Virus record (IMG/VR): IMGVR_UViG_2541047751_000016
Location: 1 to 8,522 of that record
Strand: one strand, 5' to 3'
From: a virus
Taxonomy: Duplodnaviria; Heunggongvirae; Uroviricota; Caudoviricetes
DNA length: 8,522 nucleotides
The first letter of the stretch is position 1, and each line of letters opens with the position of its first letter. Below, piece by piece: positions 1 through 5,671 of this stretch. The notes beneath the pieces were generated by a model. The model worked only from the letters and a program-made list of their open reading frames with translations. It ran no database searches and was not told the origin of the DNA. Made by a program: the position numbers and the translations under genes.

Positions 1-693
1 GAATGGCACGCTCTGGAAAAACGAGCACTGGCAGAAGGCTGGACACCATCGCGCTATCTTCTGACGCTATGCAATGAAGAACTCCTGTGGCGCGAGAGTG
101 AAAAACTGCGTCGTTATAAAAAGGAGGCCCGGTTGCCAGTTGCCAAAACGCTAAGCGAATACGACTTCAGTCAGGTGCCGGAACTGAATGGAGCTCAGTT
201 CCGGCAACTCTGTGAAACGACAGACTGGGTTGATGCAGGAGAAAACGTTCTGCTGTTCGGAGCCAGCGGGTTGGGGAAAAGCCATCTGGCGGCAGCGATC
301 GTGGATGGCGTAGTAGGCCAGGGCTACCGGGCCCGGTTCTACAGCGCAGGAGAGTTGTTGCAGGAACTACGTAAAGCCAGAGCGCAGTTGAAACTGAATG
401 AGCTGCTACTGAAACTGGATCGCTACCGGGTGATAGTGGTGGATGATCTTGGCTATGTCAAACGCGACAGCGCCGAAACGGGAGTACTGTTCGAGTTAAT
501 AGCGCATCGCTATGAACGTGGGAGCCTGGTGATAACCAGTAACCATCCGTTCAGCATGTGGGGCAGCATCTTCGTGGATGAGACTATGGCGGTGGCGGCG
601 GCAGACCGGCTGATCCATCACGGATATATGTTCGAACTGAAAGGTGAAAGCTACAGGAAAAAGACAGCGAAGGCAGTAACAAGCGCGACTTGA
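1..693 (+). CDS. istB: IstB-like AAA+ ATP-binding transposition helper of IS21 family (5'-truncated by window edge)
   Basis: Frame 1 is open from base 1 (EWHALEKRALAEGW...). Translation shows LPVAKTLSEYDF, Walker A GASGLGKSHLAAA, Walker B-like VIVVDDLGY, ITSNHPF and C-terminal DRLIHHGYMFELKGESYRKK, matching the IstB/DnaC-like family from memory. Confidence 0.9.
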   Translation, partial: EWHALEKRALAEGWTPSRYLLTLCNEELLWRESEKLRRYKKEARLPVAKTLSEYDFSQVPELNGAQFRQLCETTDWVDAGENVLLFGASGLGKSHLAAAIVDGVVGQGYRARFYSAGELLQELRKARAQLKLNELLLKLDRYRVIVVDDLGYVKRDSAETGVLFELIAHRYERGSLVITSNHPFSMWGSIFVDETMAVAAADRLIHHGYMFELKGESYRKKTAKAVTSAT

Positions 694-776
694 TGTCGCA
701 CTGAAGGGTGCGGCCAGTATAGTTGGCGCGAGTCGGCAAAACTAGTTGACGTCTAATAAGTGGTCATAGCAATACA
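1..776 (+). mobile_element. IS21-family insertion sequence, 3' portion (partial; left part outside window)
   Basis: istB reading frame runs off the left edge and stops at 691-693. Bases 694-776 contain two copies of TAGTTG(G/A)CG (720-728 and 743-751), resembling the multiple terminal repeats of IS21-family ends. Exact right terminus not resolvable; candidate CA termini at 765-766 or 775-776. Confidence 0.7.
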
Positions 777-984
777 AGGGATATCTGCATTTATCCTCTA
801 TGGATCAAGCTTATACCTGTTGTATCAAGGCGCGACATTTACGCCTTACACCAGTGATTACGGAACTCTATACGATGGTAGTGAAGACATCTCTATGGCT
901 TGGATCGTCTTTGGTTTATCTATGGCCGTGTCTGTTGTAGCAGACATCATTAAGGTAATTCTCGTCTTAACCTTCGCTGACTAA
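760..984 (+). CDS. Hypothetical small membrane protein, or 3' remnant of a gene disrupted by the IS insertion
   Basis: 74-codon ORF with GTG start at 760, no clear Shine-Dalgarno, and two in-frame stops just upstream (754-759). Two hydrophobic segments (AFILYGSSLYLLY; MAWIVFGLSMAVSVVADIIKVILVL). Lies across or just beyond the presumed IS end. Confidence 0.25.
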   Translation: MVIAIQGISAFILYGSSLYLLYQGATFTPYTSDYGTLYDGSEDISMAWIVFGLSMAVSVVADIIKVILVLTFAD

Positions 985-1063
985 CCCATAATCCCGGCAG
1001 CAATAGCTATCGGGATCCACTTCACATATCCCGCATAAAAAGCACTGAACAAGCAGACACCGA

Positions 1064-1150
1064 AAAAAATAAATATCCTTTGTATTCATTTGTTTATCAT
1101 TATTTCATCAAAAATAAATACCTTGGGTATTTACACAATAAAATACCTAC
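1064..1150. repeat. Three imperfect direct repeats of A-rich/ATA(T)CCT motif in AT-rich intergenic DNA
   Basis: AAAAATAAATATCCTTTG (1064-1081), AAAAATAAATACCTTGGG (1110-1127), AATAAAATACCTAC (1137-1150). Spacing about 46 and 27 bp, no supported coding frame. Confidence 0.4.
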
Positions 1151-1370
1151 AGTATTCTTTAGCCATCAGCAGGACGCTGGAAGCCAAACGGAAAAGATTG
1201 GCAGGCTCTTTAACATTGATGGGATTGTCCCGCCGAAATGCGGGAACCAAAGAGTAGTTGGCTTTGGGATTGGATGAATGAGCAGGCTGATGCTCGACCA
1301 ATGTATAAACAGCGCTCATGGCAAGCAGTAACCAATCTGCGCCTCAAGACAGCGTCACTGGTAGTGTGGG

Positions 1371-1404
1371 CGCTCTAACCAGTAAGCCGGAGTTCAGCAC
1401 CGGC
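1371..1404 (+). promoter_or_regulatory. Candidate nut-like site A: boxA-like CGCTCTAAC followed by a GC hairpin
   Basis: CGCTCTAAC at 1371-1379 (lambda boxA is CGCTCTTA(A/C)); 6-nt spacer; hairpin GCCGG (1386-1390) / CCGGC (1400-1404) with 9-nt loop. Sits 243 nt upstream of the N-like start; a TATAAA hexamer lies at 1304-1309. Confidence 0.3.
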
Positions 1405-1489
1405 CATCCAATCGCCAAAGTCAATTCCATAGGCGTTATGCAGCCGCCACCATATTCAAGAAAGCTGCACAAGAGGTAGGAGGATTTAT

Positions 1490-1505
1490 GTGAATACTTA
1501 CATTC
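1490..1505. promoter_or_regulatory. Palindrome TGAAT-N6-ATTCA (candidate operator) in the presumed pL region
   Basis: TGAATACTTACATTCA at 1490-1505 is a dyad with 5-bp arms. It overlaps a TTACAT (1498-1503) -35-like hexamer. Half-site GTATTCA/TGAATAC recurs at 1082-1088 and in the inverted repeat at 2930-2957. Confidence 0.2.
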
Positions 1506-1561
1506 AGTTGAGAGATTAATTAAATAGAACTGATCGAGCAGAGTCCATGAAGGCTCATAAA

Positions 1562-1591
1562 TGCTCTTCCATCCCCGTCTAATTGGCGGGG
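1562..1591 (+). promoter_or_regulatory. Candidate nut-like site B: boxA-like TGCTCTTCC followed by a 7-bp-stem pentaloop hairpin
   Basis: TGCTCTTCC at 1562-1570; hairpin CCCCGTC (1573-1579) / GGCGGGG (1585-1591) with one G-U wobble and loop TAATT (1580-1584). Sits 56 nt upstream of the N-like start codon. Confidence 0.3.
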
Positions 1592-1646
1592 AAGGAAACC
1601 ACTTTGTAATAAAAAAAATTCCAAAGTTGTTTCATCGGAGGTCAAC

Positions 1647-1946
1647 ATGACAGTAGTCATTACATATCTGGCTGACGATAACGCCAGAAATCGCCGCAGA
1701 GCACGCAGACAGGCTCAACGTGAACAGGCGATGCAAGAGCAGCGACTGGCGCGAAAAATTGCGCTAAAGCTCTCTGGTTGCGTCAGAGCAGACAAAGCAG
1801 CATCACTCGGAAGCCTTCTCTGCAAGAAGGCAGATGAAGTCGAGAGTAAACAGAATCGTATTTACTACCGCAAGCCACGCAGTGAAATGGGCGTGACTTG
1901 TGTTGGTCGCCAGAAAATGAAATTAGGCAGCAAACCACTTATTTGA
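1647..1946 (+). CDS. N: N-like transcription antitermination protein
   Basis: GGAGG at 1637-1641, ATG at 1647. N-terminal arginine-rich motif (DDNARNRRRARRQAQREQ) and C-terminus SKQNRIYYRKPRSEMGVTCVGRQKMKLGSKPLI closely resemble lambda N (ERKNQRTWYSKPGERGITCSGRQKIKGKSIPLI, from memory). First gene of the operon. Confidence 0.8.
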   Translation: MTVVITYLADDNARNRRRARRQAQREQAMQEQRLARKIALKLSGCVRADKAASLGSLLCKKADEVESKQNRIYYRKPRSEMGVTCVGRQKMKLGSKPLI

Positions 1947-1954
1947 GGTGAGAT

Positions 1955-2041
1955 ATGGAAGAAGAATTTGAAGAGTTCGAAGGGCATCCGCAGGATGTGA
2001 TGGAGCAATACCAGGACTATCCGTATGACTACGACTATTGA
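1955..2041 (+). CDS. orf28-like acidic mini-protein (28 aa)
   Basis: GAGG at 1945-1948, ATG at 1955, MEEEFEEFEGHPQDVMEQYQDYPYDYDY. Overlaps the ral start by 17 bp, the same arrangement I recall for lambda orf28/ral. Too short for composition statistics. Confidence 0.4.
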   Translation: MEEEFEEFEGHPQDVMEQYQDYPYDYDY

Positions 2042-2225
2042 TAAGAATCAATGGTGTGGACAATTCAAGCGATGCAATGGATGCAAGCTGCAATCGGAAT
2101 GCATGGTTAAGCCTGAAGAAATGTTTCCTGTAATGGAGGATGGGAAATATGTCGATAAATGGGCAATACGAACTACGGCAATGATTGCCAGAGAACTTGG
2201 TAAACTGAACAACAAGGCTGCCTGA
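2025..2225 (+). CDS. ral: Ral restriction-alleviation protein (anti-restriction against type I R-M)
   Basis: 66-aa product MTTTIDKNQWCGQFKRCNGCKLQSECMVKPEEMFPVMEDGKYVDKWAIRTTAMIARELGKLNNKAA is near-identical to lambda Ral as I remember it. Confidence 0.85.
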   Translation: MTTTIDKNQWCGQFKRCNGCKLQSECMVKPEEMFPVMEDGKYVDKWAIRTTAMIARELGKLNNKAA

Positions 2226-2244
2226 TGGTGGCCTTTATTTTCTT
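2214..2244 (+). terminator. Intrinsic-terminator-like hairpin after ral
   Basis: AAGGCTGCC (2214-2222) / GGTGGCCTT (2227-2235) stem with two wobble pairs, loop TGAT, then TATTTTCTTATTT. Shares GGCCTTTATTTT with the hairpin at 2874-2900. Confidence 0.5.
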
Positions 2245-2261
2245 ATTTGAGAGGAATTAAT

Positions 2262-2885
2262 ATGTCATCAATCCGCTTAACTACGAGAATGAAAGAGGAA
2301 ATCGCTCGTAACGCTTTAATTAAGTCTGGGGTTTTCACTGAACTTGAAGAAGTAACAAAGTTAAAGAACCAGCTTGCACTTGACGCCAGAGTTATTGCGT
2401 TTGGCGGTAAAAAGAAAACTGAGGAAGTGGATCAGTTATCATCCAAGTTGGTAGCTATAAGTGAAGAACTTGAAAAGATGGGATGTTCATTTTACTCATA
2501 CGATGTTCGTTCTACTTCAATTTATCTGACTGTATCTGGCAGAAGGGTTGGATGGCATTCATATGGGAAAGACGGCAACGGCGAAGATATATTGCTCCCT
2601 ACTCCGACCAAAGATAAATGCATGTTTGACGCAGAACACGAAATAACAGAAAGGTTTGATGAAATCTGCGCATTACAACAAAAACTTGAAGCAAAGAAAA
2701 AGGATATCGAATCAAATGTATGGGCTGCTTTAAACTCAGTCACAACAGTTAAGCGACTCATTGAAGTTTGGCCTGAAAGCAAAGAATTGCTACCAAAAGA
2801 AGCAGATAAAGCAAGTACAGCACTTCCTGCTTTACGGGTAGAAGATTTGAATAAGATGATTGGACTTCCTTCCGAGGCCGCATAG
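2262..2885 (+). CDS. Hypothetical protein (207 aa), no family recognised
   Basis: GAGAGGA at 2249-2255, ATG at 2262, long open frame. Product MSSIRLTTRMKEEIARNALIKSG...GWHSYGKDGNGEDILLPTPTKDKCMFDAEHE... Occupies the position of lambda ea10 between ral and cIII. Looks more AT-rich than its neighbours by eye. Confidence 0.75.
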   Translation: MSSIRLTTRMKEEIARNALIKSGVFTELEEVTKLKNQLALDARVIAFGGKKKTEEVDQLSSKLVAISEELEKMGCSFYSYDVRSTSIYLTVSGRRVGWHSYGKDGNGEDILLPTPTKDKCMFDAEHEITERFDEICALQQKLEAKKKDIESNVWAALNSVTTVKRLIEVWPESKELLPKEADKASTALPALRVEDLNKMIGLPSEAA

Positions 2886-2900
2886 TCGGCCTTTATTTTT
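2874..2900 (+). terminator. Intrinsic terminator after the 207-aa gene
   Basis: Stem AGGCCG (2875-2880) / CGGCCT (2887-2892), loop CATAGT containing the stop codon, then TTATTTTT. Confidence 0.65.
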
Positions 2901-2927
2901 GGCACTAACAACAGAATAAACACTGCA

Positions 2928-2959
2928 CTGTGTATTCATTCCAACGAGTGAATACACGG
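2928..2959. repeat. Near-perfect inverted repeat (9-bp arms, 10-nt spacer)
   Basis: GTGTATTCA (2930-2938) and TGAATACAC (2949-2957), extendable to 2928-2959 with a wobble. No U-tract follows, so not a typical terminator. Confidence 0.6.
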
Positions 2960-3019
2960 AGCAATGTCGCTCGTAACTAAACAGGAGCCGACTTGTTCTG
3001 ATTATTGGAAATCTTCTTT

Positions 3020-3046
3020 GCCCTCCAGTGTGAGGGCCTTTTTATA
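3020..3046 (+). terminator. Intrinsic terminator upstream of the cIII-like gene
   Basis: Stem GCCCTC (3020-3025) / GAGGGC (3032-3037), loop CAGTGT, then CTTTTTATAT. Confidence 0.65.
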
Positions 3047-3109
3047 TGCATACCAATAACGCTTCACTCGAGGCGTTTTCGTTATGCAATCAAACAGAAG
3101 GAGCATCCT

Positions 3110-3280
3110 ATGCAACAGTTCGCTATTGCAGGGGCGGCATCGGTTCGCCCTTTCAACCCGATTTTATCGGTACAGCATTCACGAAAAAATATTTTAACCG
3201 GAGCAGACTTTAAACAACCAAGAATGAAAAGTTTGCTCGAAAAGCTTTGGGATATTTTGAAACAACAAGGCCGTCCATGA
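3110..3280 (+). CDS. cIII: cIII-like protein (putative FtsH/HflB protease inhibitor)
   Basis: AAGGAG at 3098-3103, ATG at 3110, 56 aa. N-terminal MQQFAIAG and C-terminal LLEKLWDILKQQGRP resemble lambda CIII (MQYAIAG...WKRLIDILNQPGVP, from memory); position matches lambda gene order. Confidence 0.6.
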   Translation: MQQFAIAGAASVRPFNPILSVQHSRKNILTGADFKQPRMKSLLEKLWDILKQQGRP

Positions 3281-3384
3281 GTTTTACAGATAACTGGTCA
3301 GACGAAGAATTCATTCGTCAGATGAACAAAATGCTCAATCAGCACAAAGAACAGGAGAAAGATGATGATTCTGACTCTGAATGA
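3277..3384 (+). CDS. Small ORF (35 aa) at the kil position; doubtful
   Basis: ATG at 3277 overlaps the cIII-like stop (ATGA). Product MSFTDNWSDEEFIRQMNKMLNQHKEQEKDDDSDSE. Overlaps the next gene by 23 bp in another frame. Supported only by coupling geometry and synteny. Confidence 0.25.
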   Translation: MSFTDNWSDEEFIRQMNKMLNQHKEQEKDDDSDSE

Positions 3385-3673
3385 TAAGCGTGAAATATCG
3401 CAAATAATCGCAAGTTTTACTGATGAAGATTACGAGCGAATCAACAGTGAAGTTGATCGTCTCTGCAAACGTTGCGACCCAATAAGCGAAATGCTTCGCT
3501 CATATAAACCAGATGAACACACTAAGGACGCTATCGACTGGCTGGAAGATGATGACTGTAACTATCAGGAAAAAGCCGCTGAATGGTTCTGGGATGCAAT
3601 AACCGAAAGAGTTAAGGCTGAATATGCCTTCTCAATATTCAAACGCAGACACATTTTTGGAGAAGCTGCATGA
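3362..3673 (+). CDS. Hypothetical protein (103 aa) immediately upstream of recT
   Basis: AGGAG at 3353-3357; ATG at 3362 (or 3365). Stop overlaps the recT start (ATGA at 3670-3673). Acidic product with WLEDDDCNYQEKAAEWFWDAI. Occupies the gam position by synteny, with no similarity to Gam recognised. Confidence 0.65.
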   Translation: MMILTLNDKREISQIIASFTDEDYERINSEVDRLCKRCDPISEMLRSYKPDEHTKDAIDWLEDDDCNYQEKAAEWFWDAITERVKAEYAFSIFKRRHIFGEAA

Positions 3674-4581
3674 GCAATATCGTTGAATTCGTTAAACAGC
3701 AGGAGCAGTTATTCTGCGGAGCATTGACTGAACAGACGGTGACATGGGCTAAGGAAAGCCAGTTTGCAATTCAGTATTTCCAGAAAAATGATTACCTGGC
3801 TAAAACGGCACTGGCAAATCCAACCAGCGCACAGAACGCCATCATCAATGTTGCGGCGATCGGCATCACCTTAAACCCGGCTAGCAAACTGGCTTATCTG
3901 GTTCCGCGCGACGGCATGGTGTGCCTTGATATCAGTTATATGGGATTGCTCCATATTGCAATGGAGTCTGGTGTTATCTCATGGGGTCAGGCAAAACTTG
4001 TTCATGCTAACGATACCTATGAGTCAAACGGGCTTGATAAAGCACCAACCCATAAATACAACGCCTTCGGTGATCGTGGTGATATCGTTGGCGTTTACTG
4101 CACAGTTAAGACGCCAGCAGGTGATTATCTAACGGAAGAGATGAGTCTGGCTGAAATTGAGGCTGTAAGGAAAACAAGCAAGGCGGCATTCAGCGATAAA
4201 GGACCATGGGTAAATCACTGGAATGAGATGGCGCGAAAGACGGTCGTAAAGCGTGCAAGCAAGTATTGGCCTAAGGCATCACGTCTTGATAGTGCTATTC
4301 ACGTACTAAACGAAGAAGAAGGTGTGTGGACTGAACCAGTTATGCCGCACAAATCAGAGGAAGATATCCGCGAAGATGAACGGAAACGCCAGCAGGAAAT
4401 AATGGATAAAGTACAACTTCTTTGCGATGAAATGGCTCAGGCAGAAAACATGGATGATTTGAAGCGATATTTTGCAGAAGCATATCGCCTGACATCTGGA
4501 ATGAAATTGCAGCAGAACGTACAAGCCATTTACATAGAATGCAAAGCGAAACTGGAGGTTGCCAGTGAGCAAACTGTATGA
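3670..4581 (+). CDS. recT: RecT-family single-strand annealing protein (phage recombinase)
   Basis: GGAG at 3658-3661, ATG at 3670, 303 aa. Motif GPWVNHWNEMARKTVVKRASKYWP matches E. coli RecT GPWVTHWEEMAKKTAIRRLFKYLP (from memory). Carries an extra charged C-terminal tail of about 80 aa. Confidence 0.85.
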   Translation: MSNIVEFVKQQEQLFCGALTEQTVTWAKESQFAIQYFQKNDYLAKTALANPTSAQNAIINVAAIGITLNPASKLAYLVPRDGMVCLDISYMGLLHIAMESGVISWGQAKLVHANDTYESNGLDKAPTHKYNAFGDRGDIVGVYCTVKTPAGDYLTEEMSLAEIEAVRKTSKAAFSDKGPWVNHWNEMARKTVVKRASKYWPKASRLDSAIHVLNEEEGVWTEPVMPHKSEEDIREDERKRQQEIMDKVQLLCDEMAQAENMDDLKRYFAEAYRLTSGMKLQQNVQAIYIECKAKLEVASEQTV

Positions 4582-5047
4582 AATAGCCAATGAATACGCA
4601 AAGCTGATGGATTCAGATTTAGAGCCAGAGATGATTGCTGACACAATAGAAGGCATGGAAGGAGAATTTACCGATAAAATAGAGCAACTTCTTTCCGTCA
4701 TTAAAAATGAATCTGGTTATGCCGAACGCCTCAAGGAAGAGGCAAAGTCACTGAATGAGCGAGCCGCAGTAATTCAAAATAAGATTGAGAGCATCAAATC
4801 ATATATAGCGTCATCGCTTGAAATGGTTGGCAAGAAAAATATTCGAGCAGGCATTCACCAGGTAACAATCCGAAAACCGTCAGAAATTGTAGAAATCATC
4901 GACTCAAGCGCCCTTCCTCCTGAATACGTTGAGTTCGAAACGACAATTAAAGCCGACAAACTGGCAATCAAACACCAACTAAAAGCAGGAATAAATATCC
5001 CCGGCGCTCAACTCAAAGTTGGGAAACCTTCACTTCTTATCAAATAA
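4565..5047 (+). CDS. Siphovirus Gp157-family protein
   Basis: GGAGG at 4554-4558, GTG at 4565 (TTG at 4559 also possible); overlaps the recT 3' end. Product (V/M)SKLYEIANEYAKLMDSDLEPEMIADTIEGMEGEF... resembles Gp157-family proteins that commonly sit beside RecT/Erf genes. Confidence 0.7.
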   Translation: MSKLYEIANEYAKLMDSDLEPEMIADTIEGMEGEFTDKIEQLLSVIKNESGYAERLKEEAKSLNERAAVIQNKIESIKSYIASSLEMVGKKNIRAGIHQVTIRKPSEIVEIIDSSALPPEYVEFETTIKADKLAIKHQLKAGINIPGAQLKVGKPSLLIK

Positions 5048-5058
5048 CGGTATCGACT

Positions 5059-5373
5059 ATGAAAAAGACTCCATGGGAGAAATGGGAAGTCGATTTCTTG
5101 CGCGAAGTGGCGGCGACAATGCCAGTTGAAGTTATCGCTGAAAAACTGGAAAGGACTGAAAAAGCAGTAATGGCGAAAGCAACAAGGATTGGAGCTGACA
5201 TTGTTAGCCGACTTCGTGGAAGACGCTGGACAAGAGCCGAAGTATCACTTTTCGGTAAGTTCTCCGCAGAAGAAATAGCAATTGCAACCTGCCGCTCAAT
5301 TTATTCAGTAAGAGCTATGCGATACAAGCTAAAAAAACTCGATGAAGAAAGAGCAGGCATACGAATAAATTAA
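5059..5373 (+). CDS. Hypothetical protein with two tandem ~40-aa repeats (possible Myb/SANT-like helix-turn-helix DNA-binding protein)
   Basis: ATG at 5059. Internal repeat PWEKWEVDFLREVAATMPVEVIAEKLERTEKAVMAKATRIG versus RRWTRAEVSLFGKFSAEEIAIATCRSIYSVRAMRYKL. Basic, HTH-like composition. Confidence 0.65.
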   Translation: MKKTPWEKWEVDFLREVAATMPVEVIAEKLERTEKAVMAKATRIGADIVSRLRGRRWTRAEVSLFGKFSAEEIAIATCRSIYSVRAMRYKLKKLDEERAGIRIN

Positions 5374-5389
5374 CATGGAGTAATTAACA

Positions 5390-5671
5390 ATGAAGCTGAA
5401 CATCGACCTCGGAAAATACGTTATTACTGGAACAAAACACGACCTGATTCTTAATGAAAGAGGAATTATCAAAGAAGGCGAGAATGCAGGGAAAGAAACA
5501 CTAAGCCGTATCGGTTATTACAGCAAGTTTGAGCATCTGGTTAAAGAGTTATGCAACCGTGAAATTCTGTTATCTCAGGCGCAGACGCTACAGGATATTC
5601 AGCAGCATATCGAAACTTTAGGTGTGTCACTTAGCATGGCTATTGACCAGTTCGTTGAGAGTAAATCATGA
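5390..5671 (+). CDS. Hypothetical protein (93 aa)
   Basis: GGAG at 5377-5380, ATG at 5390. Stop overlaps the start of the next small ORF (ATGA at 5668-5671). Confidence 0.6.
   Translation: MKLNIDLGKYVITGTKHDLILNERGIIKEGENAGKETLSRIGYYSKFEHLVKELCNREILLSQAQTLQDIQQHIETLGVSLSMAIDQFVESKS

Noticed and set aside
985-1020. Hairpin ATCCCG-N14-CGGGAT after the 760-984 ORF as a terminator
   Set aside because: Long loop and no downstream U-tract, so it does not fit an intrinsic terminator; left unassigned.
1080-1277. 65-aa ORF on + strand in the AT-rich intergenic region
   Set aside because: TTG start, no Shine-Dalgarno, product dominated by AT-rich codons (F, Y, I, K, N); the region is better explained as regulatory DNA with direct repeats.
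1131-1319. 62-aa ORF on the minus strand
   Set aside because: No ribosome-binding site, antisense to the direction of every supported gene, no recognisable product; likely chance ORF.
2522-2923. 133-aa minus-strand ORF
   Set aside because: Entirely antisense to the well-supported 207-aa gene; Ser/Leu-rich low-complexity product typical of a shadow ORF.
3926-4132. 68-aa + strand ORF inside recT in another frame
   Set aside because: Fully embedded in the RecT coding frame, which has clear family similarity; no start signals.
4354-4701. 115-aa minus-strand ORF
   Set aside because: Antisense to the recT and Gp157 genes; hydrophobic low-complexity product; shadow ORF.
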